Assembly (NCBI GenBank): GCA_963804995.1
Contig: CAWDSK010000002.1
Span: 576,001 to 640,000, forward strand
Direction of reading: 5' to 3'
Length of the DNA stretch: 64,000 nucleotides
Origin: an uncultured Acidobacteriota bacterium
GTDB lineage: Bacteria > Acidobacteriota > Terriglobia > UBA7540
This document shows positions 1 to 9,628 of the stretch, piece by piece. The notes beneath the pieces were generated by a model, which saw only the letters and a list, made by a program, of their open reading frames with translations, searched no databases and was not told where the DNA came from. Made by a program: the position numbers and the translations under genes. Every line of letters starts with the position of its first letter. Position 1 is the stretch's first letter.

Positions 1-1
1 C

Positions 2-541
2 ATTGATGAGACCGGTCCCCTCTGCTCATGCGGCAACCGCGGCTGCTTGGAAGTTTACGCATCCGCCGCGGCGATCATTGATAACGTGCGCAAGGGTCTC
101 GAACAGGGAGTGGCCTCGAGTCTCGCCGCCCTGCCGGAAGGCGAACGTCAACAGGTATCGCTGGAAGCCATCGCGGCCGCGGCGGAATCCCACGACCGGC
201 TGTGCGAGACGGTTCTGGCCGAAGCCGGGACGCATCTGGGAACGGCGCTTGCGAGCATTGTGAACTTTTTGAATCCCGGCCGGATCATTCTGGGAGGCAC
301 TTTGCCCCGTGTCACGAAGAACCTGCTAACGGACCAGTTGGAGCGATCCTTACGCGCCCGCGCTTTCCAGCATTCGGTTAGCCGGTTGGAGGTCATGGTT
401 TCCCAGCAAGGTGAGGATGCGGCGGCCGTGGGTGCGTGTCTCCTGACCGCGGAAGCGATCCTCGAGCAATTGTGTAGTGCCGAGGACAATGGTAAAGAAA
501 TCGCCCCCTCGAACTCGCTTACCCATTCCTTTACCCCCTAG
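2..541 (+). CDS. ROK family protein (regulator or sugar kinase), C-terminal part; 5' end outside window
   Basis: Frame from nt 2 reads IDETGPLCSCGNRGCLEVYAS (ROK CxCGxxGCLE zinc motif), then NPGRIILGG and AAAVGA. Confidence 0.85.
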   Translation: MDETGPLCSCGNRGCLEVYASAAAIIDNVRKGLEQGVASSLAALPEGERQQVSLEAIAAAAESHDRLCETVLAEAGTHLGTALASIVNFLNPGRIILGGTLPRVTKNLLTDQLERSLRARAFQHSVSRLEVMVSQQGEDAAAVGACLLTAEAILEQLCSAEDNGKEIAPSNSLTHSFTP

Positions 542-608
542 TTTGAGGTTACCTCAAGCCGGGCGCCTCTCCACGAGCGCGGTCTCGATTCCCGTTTCAG
601 TGGGCGCA

Positions 609-770
609 GCCGAGTCTCCCCGCTGGCTCAAGGAGCTGGATAACCTCAACGCGGATATTATCCTGGTAGGCCATACTCACCATCCGGCCGTACGCACCAT
701 CGGATCGCGCGTGGTGGTCAATCCGGGGAGTCTCGGGCAACCGAAGAACGGGCGGCCTGGTGTATACTGG
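609..770 (+). pseudogene. Metallophosphoesterase (YfcE-like) C-terminal fragment
   Basis: ADIILVGHTH...VVVNPGSLGQP motifs, without the N-terminal DxH/GD/GNHD motifs. Confidence 0.6.
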
Positions 771-829
771 CACCGGCCCGAAGCCCCCAATGGGAACCCC
801 AAACTATTCGTGAAGCAAGGAGGAAAGGC

Positions 830-2105
830 ATGATGACGAGACGGAAGCTTTTGCAGACGTTCAGGACCCGCGCTGGTCGGCGCGATGGCACTGCCGGCGC
901 TTGCGGAGGCCATTCAGACCTCGAGCCGGACCTACCAGCGGCCGAAACTGAAGATCACTGACGTCCGGACGGCCATGGTGCTTGTGCACGGCCCCCAGGC
1001 GCATATCCGGATTTACACCGATCAAGGTCTGGTCGGGCTAGGCGAATCCACGGATGCGGCCGAAGGTACTCCGGCGTTGATCCACAGCTTCAGGGACGCC
1101 CTCATCGGTAAAGACCCGCTAAACGTTGAGGCGATCTGGGAGGAACTGCGAAGGAATGTCTTCTCCGGCGCGCAGGGCGGACAGTACATGACGGCGCTCA
1201 GCGGGCTTGAGATCGCGCTGTGGGACCTGGCGGGAAAGGCGCTCGGCATGCCGGTATACCAACTTCTGGGCGGCAAGTTCCGGGATAAGGTCCGGATATA
1301 CTTGGACACCGACATGGAGGACAACATGGGTGCGGAGGCCGAACGGAAGTTGGCCTTCGCTAAAGAGAACGGATTCTCGGCGGCCAAGATCGATATCGAC
1401 CAAGAGCAGGATCCGAACCGCTTCGACCACTTTAACCGGACGGCCAACAACGCTGAGATGGATCGCATGCTGAGAGAGGTCCAGCACGTCCGGGAAAGAC
1501 TCGATGCGAAAATCGAACTCGGCGTGGACATGCACGCGTTCTACGATGCGCCGACCGGCAAACGCGTCGCCAAGGAACTGGAACCTCTCCGTTTACTGTG
1601 GCTGGAAGAACCTGTGCCAGCGGAAAACATCGAAGCCATGGCGGAGATTAAGCGCTCGACGAATACGCCCATTGCGTGCGGCGAGAACCTGTATATGCGC
1701 TGGGGCTACCAGGAGCTGATGGAGAAGCGGGCGGTGGACATCATCCAACCCGACTTTCAGAAGGCGGGCGGTTTGGCGGAAGCGAAAAAGATTGCGAACC
1801 TGGCAGAGACCTATTACATCCCGGTCGCGCCGCATTGTGTCGTCTCCCCGGTGGGATTAATGGCTTCGGTGCACGTCTGTGCGACCTTTCCGAATTTTCT
1901 GGCTCTCGAATGGCACTGGGTGAATTATCCGGATCTCTGGAAGAATTGGGTCAAGGAAGGGGAGATTATCGAAAAAGGATTCGTTACGGTTCCGGACCGG
2001 CCCGGCCTGGGGGTTGAGATGAACGACGAAGTGGCGAAGAAGGCGCAAATGCCGGGCACGTCGTGGTTCGAGCCCCATGGCGCGGAATCATGGGGTGCAA
2101 GCTAG
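830..2105 (+). CDS. Mandelate racemase/muconate lactonizing enzyme family (sugar-acid dehydratase-like) with Tat signal; probable 1-nt indel near 860
   Basis: AGGAGG RBS, then ATG 830 MMTRRKLLQT, shifting frame into GPALVGAMALPALAEA; enolase motifs GLEIALWDLAGKALGMPVYQLLGG, KxD, WLEEP, GEN, DIIQPD, PDRPGLG. Confidence 0.85.
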
Positions 2106-2161
2106 CCAATGTCCATAACGCCGGCGGATCGGCCGGCACTTTACCATCGAGGGAGAATATC

Positions 2162-3040
2162 ATGACCATGCCGAAATCTGCGGTTGTTGTATTGGCGAGC
2201 CTGGCCGTGCTGGTGCCGGCGCGCGCCCAGGTGTTCAAATTGACGCGGGACCAGATGATCCAGTACACCGCGAACAATCCTTTCGACCGTTTTCCGGACG
2301 GGCGCCCGAAAGTTCCGGACTCGATTCTGGAGCGAGTGAAAGGTATGTCGGCTGAAGAAGTATTCGGGATTGAGGAGCAGGGCTACCCCAGCCAGTTCGA
2401 CGGCAATTGGAAAATCGTGAAGCCCGACAAGATGTTGGTGGGACGCGCGGTCACCCTCCTGCTCATGCCCTTGCGGCCGGAGGTAGCCTCCGTGGATTCA
2501 ACCGGCTTGCCCTCCAACGCTCCCCCCGAGCGCCAGATCACGCATCAGACAGCCCTCAACCTATTGCAGCCGGGTGATGTGATTGTCATGGATGCGCGTG
2601 CCATTTCGGGCGGAATTATCGGTGACAACCTGGCGACCTACATTCACGACAAGGGCGCGGGGTTCGTCATCGACGGTGATATCCGGGACCTGGACGGGAT
2701 TATGGAAATCGACATGACCGGATATTATCGCCGCGCCGTTCCGTCGTACCTTAACAACTGCATGGTGGCCGGCATCAACATCCCGGTGACCATCGGTAAG
2801 GTAACGGTCATGCCCGGCGACGTGGTGTTGGGAGATCGCGAGGGTGTCTATTTTATTCCCCCGCAATTGGCGAAAAAGGTCGTGGAAGAGGCCGATGAAA
2901 CGCACATCCACGACGCGTGGACCAAGATGAAGTTCGGTGAGGGGAAATATAAGTCAACGGATATTTATCCCAGCCCCACCGACCCAGCGCTCATCAAGGA
3001 ATACCAGGAGTATCTGAAGAAACATCTGAAGAAGCATTAG
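2162..3040 (+). CDS. RraA/HMG-aldolase family protein with signal peptide
   Basis: GGIIGDNLA, VIDGDIRD, VMPGDVVLGDREGVYFIP motifs; hydrophobic N-terminus ending ARA. Confidence 0.8.
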   Translation: MTMPKSAVVVLASLAVLVPARAQVFKLTRDQMIQYTANNPFDRFPDGRPKVPDSILERVKGMSAEEVFGIEEQGYPSQFDGNWKIVKPDKMLVGRAVTLLLMPLRPEVASVDSTGLPSNAPPERQITHQTALNLLQPGDVIVMDARAISGGIIGDNLATYIHDKGAGFVIDGDIRDLDGIMEIDMTGYYRRAVPSYLNNCMVAGINIPVTIGKVTVMPGDVVLGDREGVYFIPPQLAKKVVEEADETHIHDAWTKMKFGEGKYKSTDIYPSPTDPALIKEYQEYLKKHLKKH

Positions 3041-3096
3041 TGCCAGCCCGGGGCTGCCCCAATTAGCGAATACTCTCACCGTGCCCTTGCGGTAAG

Positions 3097-3212
3097 TTTC
3101 GGAGTGCGGGAGCTTGCTCCCGCTTTTTCCACGGCTGACTCGTCAGCGGTGGAGGCATCGCCGCATCGAGTTGCGGCGAGAGAAAGCGGCGACGAGTCGC
3201 CGCACTCCGAAA
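3097..3212. repeat. REP doublet, GGAGTGCG...CGCACTCC family
   Basis: Inverted ends tttcggagtgcgg / ccgcactccgaaa with internal hairpins; related copy at 29331-29441. Confidence 0.65.
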
Positions 3213-3239
3213 CACGAACCTGCACCCGCCGATTTTTAA

Positions 3240-4112
3240 TCAAAGCCGTCCGAACACGCGCACCGCTTCCTCGATGGATTTATGTTGCTCGATGACGGGG
3301 TACATGGAATGCTCTTTGAAGTCCATCTGCTGAGCCAGGGCCAGCACCTGCGTCAACTGGTCTTGCGGAACCACCACCACGCCATCACTGTCCGCCACCA
3401 CCAGATCGTGGGGGTTAACCGGAACGCCATCACAGGTAATCGGAATGTTGGCGCCGGCGAAGCGGTAATGATTCGCGGAAGTAGAGGGCACGGGGCCGAG
3501 CGCGTAAACGGGAAACTGGATCTTCCTCAGGTAAGCGGTATCACGCACTCCACCATCGATGACGGCCCCGGCAAAATCGCGTGCGGACATGGCGGTTCCC
3601 ATCAGCCCACCCATGCCGGCGATGTCGGCTCCGTCTTCGACGGACATGACGTAAACTGAGTTGGGAGCGCCTTGGTCAATCGCGGTGAGCATGCCGTTGA
3701 GCGCCTGCGATCCCTGTCCTTCTTGTTTCTTCAAAGCCACGGTGACGGCGTAGCCGGCAAATTTGGCCGTAAAAATGGGCTGCATCCGATGCGTCATGTA
3801 CATTCGGCGTCCAGTGATTTGTTCCAAAGCGTCGGAAACCGAGGCCACTTCCACGTGACGGTATGCCTCCAACAGGGCTTCAGCGGACGCGCCGGGGCCG
3901 GGATTGGCGGCGAGCGGCGGGATAGTCACAAGCCGGGCTCCCCGGTGCTGGGCAGGCGAAACAAGCCCGGCAGTTTCAGAAGTCATAGTGGATCGGGTTG
4001 GTTGCAGTTGCGCGAATAAGAGCCATCCTTTTACGAGCAGCCCTCCCGCCAGGCAAGCCGTGGCCAGGAAAGCACAACGCTTCAGGTTGAGGTGCGAAAG
4101 CGGTAGTTTCAC
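3240..4112 (-). CDS. RraA/HMG-aldolase family protein with N-terminal signal or anchor
   Basis: ASVSDAL, GYAVTV, GGLMGTA, GAVIDGGVRD, DLVVADSDGVVVVP motifs. Confidence 0.8.
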   Translation of the reverse strand: MKLPLSHLNLKRCAFLATACLAGGLLVKGWLLFAQLQPTRSTMTSETAGLVSPAQHRGARLVTIPPLAANPGPGASAEALLEAYRHVEVASVSDALEQITGRRMYMTHRMQPIFTAKFAGYAVTVALKKQEGQGSQALNGMLTAIDQGAPNSVYVMSVEDGADIAGMGGLMGTAMSARDFAGAVIDGGVRDTAYLRKIQFPVYALGPVPSTSANHYRFAGANIPITCDGVPVNPHDLVVADSDGVVVVPQDQLTQVLALAQQMDFKEHSMYPVIEQHKSIEEAVRVFGRL

Positions 4113-4382
4113 GGGGTCCTCCAGATATCAGTGGTTTCACTCGATACAATGGCAAAGGTTAGCGATTATAGCCCACAGGCGCAACGGGGTTCGGAAGATT
4201 TGTGAAGTGATTAATCGTGGTTTCGGTCTTCCTGCTAAAGGGTGAGGGGTCAGTTTTGTAGCGCGGTCCCCCGTTTTTGGGGTCCGCGGCTCTTCATCTG
4301 AAAACTCTAAACCCGGCCGTGGTTTCTTCACATTCGTTCAAATGGCGCGCGAAGAACCGCAGACCTCAACGGCGGAGGTCTG

Positions 4383-6295
4383 GTGCGCCGGGATAAACCG
4401 GCAGAAAGCAGAGAATGAAAATTTCTCACGAGGAAGGAGCAGCGATCCACTCGGCCCCGAGTTTTGCGCTGGGCGTCGTGAGGCGCACGGTGAAGCGTAA
4501 ACAGGGGAATAGGTGGGCTGGGTATTGAGCTTCGAAAATGTCCAATCAGGACGCCGACGTTTTCAGACTAAACGGAAGGCAACATGAGGCCGGGACGCCA
4601 ACGCGAGTTCCGGCACAGTCCTGCGTAGTCGTAGACCCCAGACACGCCTAGACACTTTCTGCACGAGAACCGGGAGACCTCGGAGGCGCCGGCCGCCGTA
4701 GATCGTGGCCGGACGGCGGGAAAAGGCGATGGCCGTACAGCCCGCCTGCACGCTTTCGAGGAGTCGGACAGCGGAACAGTACCGATGAATCATTTGAACA
4801 AAGACGGGAAGCCGTTGGCGGAGAATGAGGAGGGAAGGCCGCTGATCAAGGAGAACACCCGTTGGCCTAACACGCACCCGACACAGAGCGGGGCACGCGT
4901 GTCCCAGGGACTCGCGGGTGTGCGGAAAGCCGCGAAGGAACACAGGGAGATGAAGTTCACGGCCTTGCTCCACCACTTAACGGTCGATCTGCTGCGGGAA
5001 AGCTTTTACGCCTTGAAGCGAAAAGCTGCACCGGGAGTAGACGGCATGACGTGGCAGGAGTATGAAAGCGGGCTGGAAGGTCGACTCGTCGATCTGCACA
5101 GCCGGGTCCACCGCGGAGCATTCCGAGCGAAGCCCTCGCGAAGGGCGTATATCCCGAAAGGCGACGGGCGGCAACGTCCGTTGGGGGTTGCGGCACTGGA
5201 GGACAAGATCGTCCAACAGGCCGTGGTCACCATCCTCAAGGCGATTTACGAGGAAGACTTTCTGGGCTTCTCGTATGGCTTTCGACCGGGACGCAGCCAG
5301 CATCAAGCGCTGGACGCGCTCTCGTACGCGCTCACGGTGAAGCACGTGAACTACGTTCTTGACGCGGACATTCGTGGATTTTTCGATTCGATATCCCACG
5401 AATGGATGCTCAAGTTCGTGCAGCATCGCGTCGCCGACCCCCGGATTCTCCGGCTCATCCAGAAATGGCTGAAAGCCGGGGTGAGGGAGGAAGGCGAATG
5501 GTCGGAGACGGAGATGGGTACGCCACAAGGGGCGGTGGTCTCGCCCCTGCTGGCGAATATCTATCTGCACTACGTCTTTGACCTGTGGGTGCAGGCGTGG
5601 CGCAAGAAGCACGCCCGGGGAGACGTGGTCGTGGTGCGGTATGCCGACGATACGGTCCTTGGATTCCAATCGCAGACGGAAGCCGACCGCTTTCTGGAGG
5701 ATTTCCGGGAGCGGGTGGGGAAGTTTGGATTGGAACTGCATCCTGACAAAACGCGCCGGATCGAGTTCGGGCCGTTTGCCGAACTTTACCGGAAACGGAG
5801 AGGAGAAGGTAAGCCGGAGACGTTCGACTTTCTGGGCTTCACGCATATCAGCGGGAAGAACCGGAGGGGGCAATTTACCGTGAAGCGGAAGACGATCAGC
5901 AAGCGCCTGCGGGGGAAGTTGCAGGAACTCAAGCAACAACTCCGGCAGCGTCGGCACGATCCCATCGCGGATACGGGTAAATGGCTCCGGTCGGTCGTGC
6001 AAGGCTACTTCAACTATCACGCGGTACCGGGAAACCTCGACCGCCTGCGAATCTTTCGGGAACGGTTGACCCGACTGTGGCGAACACAACTGCGTCAACG
6101 CAGTCAACGCCACCGCCTCAACTGGGACCGACTGGGGAAGCTTGCGGCCTGCTGGTTGCCTGCTCCGCACGTTGTGCATCCTTGGCCATCCCAACGGTTC
6201 GCCGCCACACATCCGAGATAAGAGCCGTATGCGCTAACCAGCGCACGTACGGATCCGTGCGGGGGGTACCGGGTAACCGGTATCCCTACCGCAAC
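4383..6295 (+). mobile_element. Group II intron, full length and RT-encoding
   Basis: 5' GTGCG at 4383; domain V GAGCCGTATGCG...CACGTACGGATC at 6222-6255; domain VI with bulged A ending ...CCGCAAC; removing it restores the repeat GGAGGTCTG|CGCTAC. Confidence 0.93.
4785..6221 (+). CDS. ltrA: Group II intron reverse transcriptase/maturase, no C-terminal endonuclease domain
   Basis: AAPGVDG, YIPKGDGRQRPLG, GFRPGRS, DADIRGFFD, GTPQGAVVSPLLANIYL, RYADD, FDFLGF and domain X. Confidence 0.95.
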   Translation: MNHLNKDGKPLAENEEGRPLIKENTRWPNTHPTQSGARVSQGLAGVRKAAKEHREMKFTALLHHLTVDLLRESFYALKRKAAPGVDGMTWQEYESGLEGRLVDLHSRVHRGAFRAKPSRRAYIPKGDGRQRPLGVAALEDKIVQQAVVTILKAIYEEDFLGFSYGFRPGRSQHQALDALSYALTVKHVNYVLDADIRGFFDSISHEWMLKFVQHRVADPRILRLIQKWLKAGVREEGEWSETEMGTPQGAVVSPLLANIYLHYVFDLWVQAWRKKHARGDVVVVRYADDTVLGFQSQTEADRFLEDFRERVGKFGLELHPDKTRRIEFGPFAELYRKRRGEGKPETFDFLGFTHISGKNRRGQFTVKRKTISKRLRGKLQELKQQLRQRRHDPIADTGKWLRSVVQGYFNYHAVPGNLDRLRIFRERLTRLWRTQLRQRSQRHRLNWDRLGKLAACWLPAPHVVHPWPSQRFAATHPR

Positions 6296-6969
6296 CGCTA
6301 CACCCCTTGGCCATCCAGGGAGGAACGGTCAGCAAACCACTGAGCGTGGCTACCCGCTGCTCCGTAGCGCGGTCCCCCGTTTTTGGGGTCCGCGGCACTT
6401 CATTTGAAAACTCTAAACCCGGCCCTGGCTTCTTCACATTTGTTCCAATGGCGCACGAAGAACCGCAGACATCAACGGCGGAGGTCTGCGCTACACCCCT
6501 TGGCCATCCAGGGAGGAACGGTCAGCAAACCACTGAGCGTGGCTACCCGCTGCTCCGTAGCGCGGTCCCCCGTTTTTGGGGTCCGCGGCTCTTCCTTTGA
6601 AAACTCGAAAATCCTAAACCTGGGTGACGGTTTCTCCGCCACGCTACATTTGGTGAAATGACACACGAAGAACCGCAGACCTCAACAGCGGAGGTCTGCG
6701 CTACACCCCTTGGCCATCCAGGGAGGAACGGTCAGCAAACCACTGAGCGTGGCTACCCGCTGCTCCGTAGCGCGGTCCCCCGTTTTTGGGGTCCGCGGCA
6801 CTTCATTTGAAAACTCGAAAATCCCAAACCCGGGCGGCGGTTTCTTCGCCTCAATACATTTGTTTCAATGGCGCCCGAAGAACCGCAGACCTCAACGGCG
6901 GAGGTCTGCGCTACACCCGCAACCCGCCTGAAAACGAGACAACCTTTGGGTGGGAGAACAATGGTTCGC

Positions 6970-8175
6970 TCAGAGAAGGCCGAAGCGAAGGAGCAGGAGC
7001 CCCAGGCAAAAGGCGGCCAGCATCCCGCCTCCAAAAATCATCAACTGCGACCGCATCTGCATCATGATGTTGACGCCCGGCCGGGTCAGGGCGGAAATGA
7101 GGTAGGTGGGTTCATTTGCCCCCTTGTGAATCAGATTGCGGTCACTCAAATCCTTGGCCGCGGGATTCTGGGCGCACGTACCGCTGATATCGTAGTCATG
7201 GTCAGGCAGGATGCAACACTCGGTGAGGCGATACCGGCCGGAAGCGAGCGGGTGGTCGGGCGAGAATGGGGGGTCGGCAGCCGGCAGTGGATCGACAGCG
7301 GGCGGACTGGCAACCGGGGCTGCCCCATCGCTCCTCGGCGGGTCCGGCTGAGGCAGGGCAACACGACTGACCAGGCCCAGCTTTCTATTCCGGTCTTGCA
7401 TTTGGACGATGCGTTGTCTCAGCTCATCGTATTTGGGATCCCAGAAAGGATACTTATTGAGTTCGATCAGGGCGAGTCGGACTTCCTCTCGGCGGGGATC
7501 GGACAATGGCCCTTCGGCCTCCAGCCCTTGTTGCATCTTCGCCCGCATCTGCACCACCTGGGGCCCGAGCAACCCCTGGAACAGCTCTTCCTGGGTGCTT
7601 TGATGCTTCATATACTTGGCTATGGCGTCATGCGCCCCTACCATTCCGAGAGGGTGATGGAGTCCCTGTATCTTGGGGGTCATACCCACGCGCGCCACGT
7701 AGGCGAGTAAATCCCGGTCGGAAACGCCGCCGACGGCGAGGCTCGAAGCCGTCGTGCTCGAGACCTCACGCCTCCCTATCATCTCCAGCTCGTACTCTGC
7801 GCCGCGCGGATTCACCATCACGCGCCCCGTGGCGTCTTCGAGGTAGAACCAGTCGCCGTCAGCCGCCGCCCCATAATGCGACCATATTCCGCTGTCCTCC
7901 CCTCCCTCACTATCCTTCCTTTTCTCCCATTTCTCGATCTCGACCGTATAGAAACAGCAGGGAGTGTGACTGACGGGGCTGCTCGCGAGCCGGTCGCTCT
8001 TGGCCTTGCCGTGAATTCGCACGAAGCCCATGGCGAGGCTGCGGATGGGCGTCCCCGGCGTGTCCTGAAGCAGGCGAGACTCACGGTAGATACGGAACCC
8101 CCGGAAAAACGTTCCCATCCCGCCGAAAAACCCCACCACCAGCCCGATATCGAGATTATTGATATGCGCCGCCAT
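6970..8175 (-). CDS. Membrane protein with GIDE-like domain between terminal TM helices
   Basis: N- and C-terminal hydrophobic segments; TPIRSLAMGFVRIHG...SPVSHTPCCFY...FYLEDATGRVMVNPRGAE. Confidence 0.55.
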   Translation of the reverse strand: MAAHINNLDIGLVVGFFGGMGTFFRGFRIYRESRLLQDTPGTPIRSLAMGFVRIHGKAKSDRLASSPVSHTPCCFYTVEIEKWEKRKDSEGGEDSGIWSHYGAAADGDWFYLEDATGRVMVNPRGAEYELEMIGRREVSSTTASSLAVGGVSDRDLLAYVARVGMTPKIQGLHHPLGMVGAHDAIAKYMKHQSTQEELFQGLLGPQVVQMRAKMQQGLEAEGPLSDPRREEVRLALIELNKYPFWDPKYDELRQRIVQMQDRNRKLGLVSRVALPQPDPPRSDGAAPVASPPAVDPLPAADPPFSPDHPLASGRYRLTECCILPDHDYDISGTCAQNPAAKDLSDRNLIHKGANEPTYLISALTRPGVNIMMQMRSQLMIFGGGMLAAFCLGLLLLRFGLL

Positions 8176-8310
8176 GACAGGTTCCTTTTAGGGATAAGCC
8201 CAGGATTGGTTCGAAGGGAAGATCACATTATGGATGTCTCGGGGGGCATATACAAGGGTTTGTCGGCAAGGTCCGTAGCGCGGCGGAGCCGGAACCAAAT
8301 GAGAATCATA

Positions 8311-8381
8311 GCCCTCTCCGAGGGGAGAGGGTGGACCGCGGTCCCGATGCACTTGATCGGGACGCGGGACGGGTGAGGGGT
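8311..8381. repeat. CCCTCTCC-type palindromic repeat (inverted relative of 24647-24716 and 26603-26672)
   Basis: gccctctccgaggggagagggtggaccgc...gcgggacgggtgagggg. Confidence 0.7.
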
Positions 8382-8546
8382 CACTTTCGGGAAGTAGCAC
8401 AATATTCTTGCTAAAAAAACAAATTACAGTATTGCATTGCAGAGTGTATGCCTTTTTGACGCTTGACGGGGTAACCCGGATTCGCTGGAGGTTATAAGTG
8501 GTGATCAGTAGTGGCACTCAACGAGCGAACAACCGCAGACCGGTCC

Positions 8547-8694
8547 GTAGCGCGGTCCCCCGTTTTTGGGGTCCGCGGCTCTTCATTTGGAAGTTCGATA
8601 ATCCTAAACCTGGGTGACGGTTTCTCCGCCACGCTACATTTGGTGAAATGACACACGAAGAACCGCAGACCTCAACAGCGGAGGTCTGCGCTAC
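8547..8694. repeat. REPIN copy 5 (same family as the array)
   Basis: Same termini; 3' two-thirds identical to array unit 3. Confidence 0.9.
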
Positions 8695-8802
8695 ACTTGC
8701 TTTCCATGCCGACGCCGGTGCCTGAATTCCGCCACAAGCTCGTCTTCGTTAACGTCAGCCAACGCCTTGGCAAGCCGATCCGCGGCCGCCTCCAGTTCAG
8801 CG

Positions 8803-8927
8803 GGTAGCCACGGTCAGCGTTTTTCTGACCGTGGGCTTTTCTGCTGCATTATCCGAAGGGTTTGCCTTAGCCATCTAGGGAAGAACCCACGGTCAGAAAA
8901 CGTCGCTGCGGCGACACCGTGGCTACC
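8803..8927. repeat. GGTAGCCACGG-family REP doublet
   Basis: ggtagccacggtcagc..ctgaccgtggg ... cccacggtcag..ccgtggctacc; the same hairpin type occurs in the 62-bp array linker and at 24577-24603. Confidence 0.6.
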
Positions 8928-9038
8928 AGCGCCACCCGCGCCATCCCCCAATCGAGAGAGGGCAGACGGAACAAAGCTGTTTGGATTGTAAATCCTCATC
9001 CAAAATGTTATATTAAAGTATAATCGAGAGGAAGGGCT

Positions 9039-9296
9039 ATGCACAGAACCCATCTGCGTAAGGTCGGCGGCTCGGTCATGCTGGCGGTACCGCGCGCCGT
9101 GCTCGACCTCCTGCGCTTGCGGCCGGGAGTACAGGTCGGCCTTGCAATCGATCGCGGCCGGCTGGTGGTGGAACGGCAAAAACGCCCCCGCTACACCCTG
9201 ACCGAACTGCTCGCCCAATGCGACTCCAAGGCCCGGCGCACTAAGGAAGAACGGGAATGGCTCCGTAACAAGCCTGTGGGTCGGGAGCTGATCTGA
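9039..9296 (+). CDS. mazE: MazE/PemI (AbrB-fold) antitoxin
   Basis: LRKVGGSVMLAVP, RPRYTLTELLAQCD, PVGRELI; stop overlaps the toxin start. Confidence 0.9.
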   Translation: MHRTHLRKVGGSVMLAVPRAVLDLLRLRPGVQVGLAIDRGRLVVERQKRPRYTLTELLAQCDSKARRTKEEREWLRNKPVGRELI

Positions 9297-9628
9297 TGAG
9301 ACGTGGTGATATCTGGTTGGTGGGGCTTGATCCAGCCGAAGGGCACGAGCAAAAGGGTCGACGCCCTGTCCTGATCATCTCGCCCGATGCTTTTAACCGG
9401 GTCACCAAGGTGCCCGTGGTTCTCCCCATCACCAGCGGGGGAAGTTTCGCGCGGACCGCCGGATTTGCGGTATCTCTGACCGGCGCCGGCACCAAAACCA
9501 CCGGCGTTATCCGCTGCGACCAGCCCCGCGCGCTGGATCTCGCCGCGCGCCACGGCCGAAAGTTGGAAAACGTACCCGATGCGATCCTGGACGAGGTTTT
9601 GGCGAAGGTAGCAACAATTCTTGAGTAG
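9296..9628 (+). CDS. mazF: MazF/PemK endoribonuclease toxin
   Basis: RGDIWLVGLDPAEGHEQKGRRPVLIIS...FN...VLPITS...CDQPRALD. Confidence 0.93.
   Translation: MRRGDIWLVGLDPAEGHEQKGRRPVLIISPDAFNRVTKVPVVLPITSGGSFARTAGFAVSLTGAGTKTTGVIRCDQPRALDLAARHGRKLENVPDAILDEVLAKVATILE

Larger units (their letters stand above)
4258..6914. repeat. Tandem array of four GTAG-type REPIN units (4258-6301 interrupted by the intron, 6364-6494, 6557-6704, 6767-6914) separated by identical 62-bp linkers
   Basis: Each unit starts GTAGCGCGGTCCCCCGTTTTTGGGGTCCGCGG and ends CCGCAGAC..GAGGTCTGCGCTAC; linkers 6302-6363, 6495-6556 and 6705-6766 are identical. Confidence 0.9.

Noticed and set aside
4977..6212. Long antisense ORFs (411 aa here, 423 aa at 37416-38687, and others)
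   Set aside because: Shadow frames of high-GC genes with no recognisable motifs
4785..6221. DGR, retron or defence RT
   Set aside because: Intron 5' GTGCG, domains V and VI and the maturase domain are present; no TR/VR pair with adenine-specific differences and no msr-msd seen
6180..6316. 12-bp match CCTTGGCCATCC between the RT 3' end and the array linker
   Set aside because: Short GC-rich match with no structural support; plausibly chance
6296..6914. CRISPR array or RT-CRISPR system
   Set aside because: Units are 190-210 bp, the variable parts are homologous to each other, no cas genes are present, and the RT lies in a canonical group II intron
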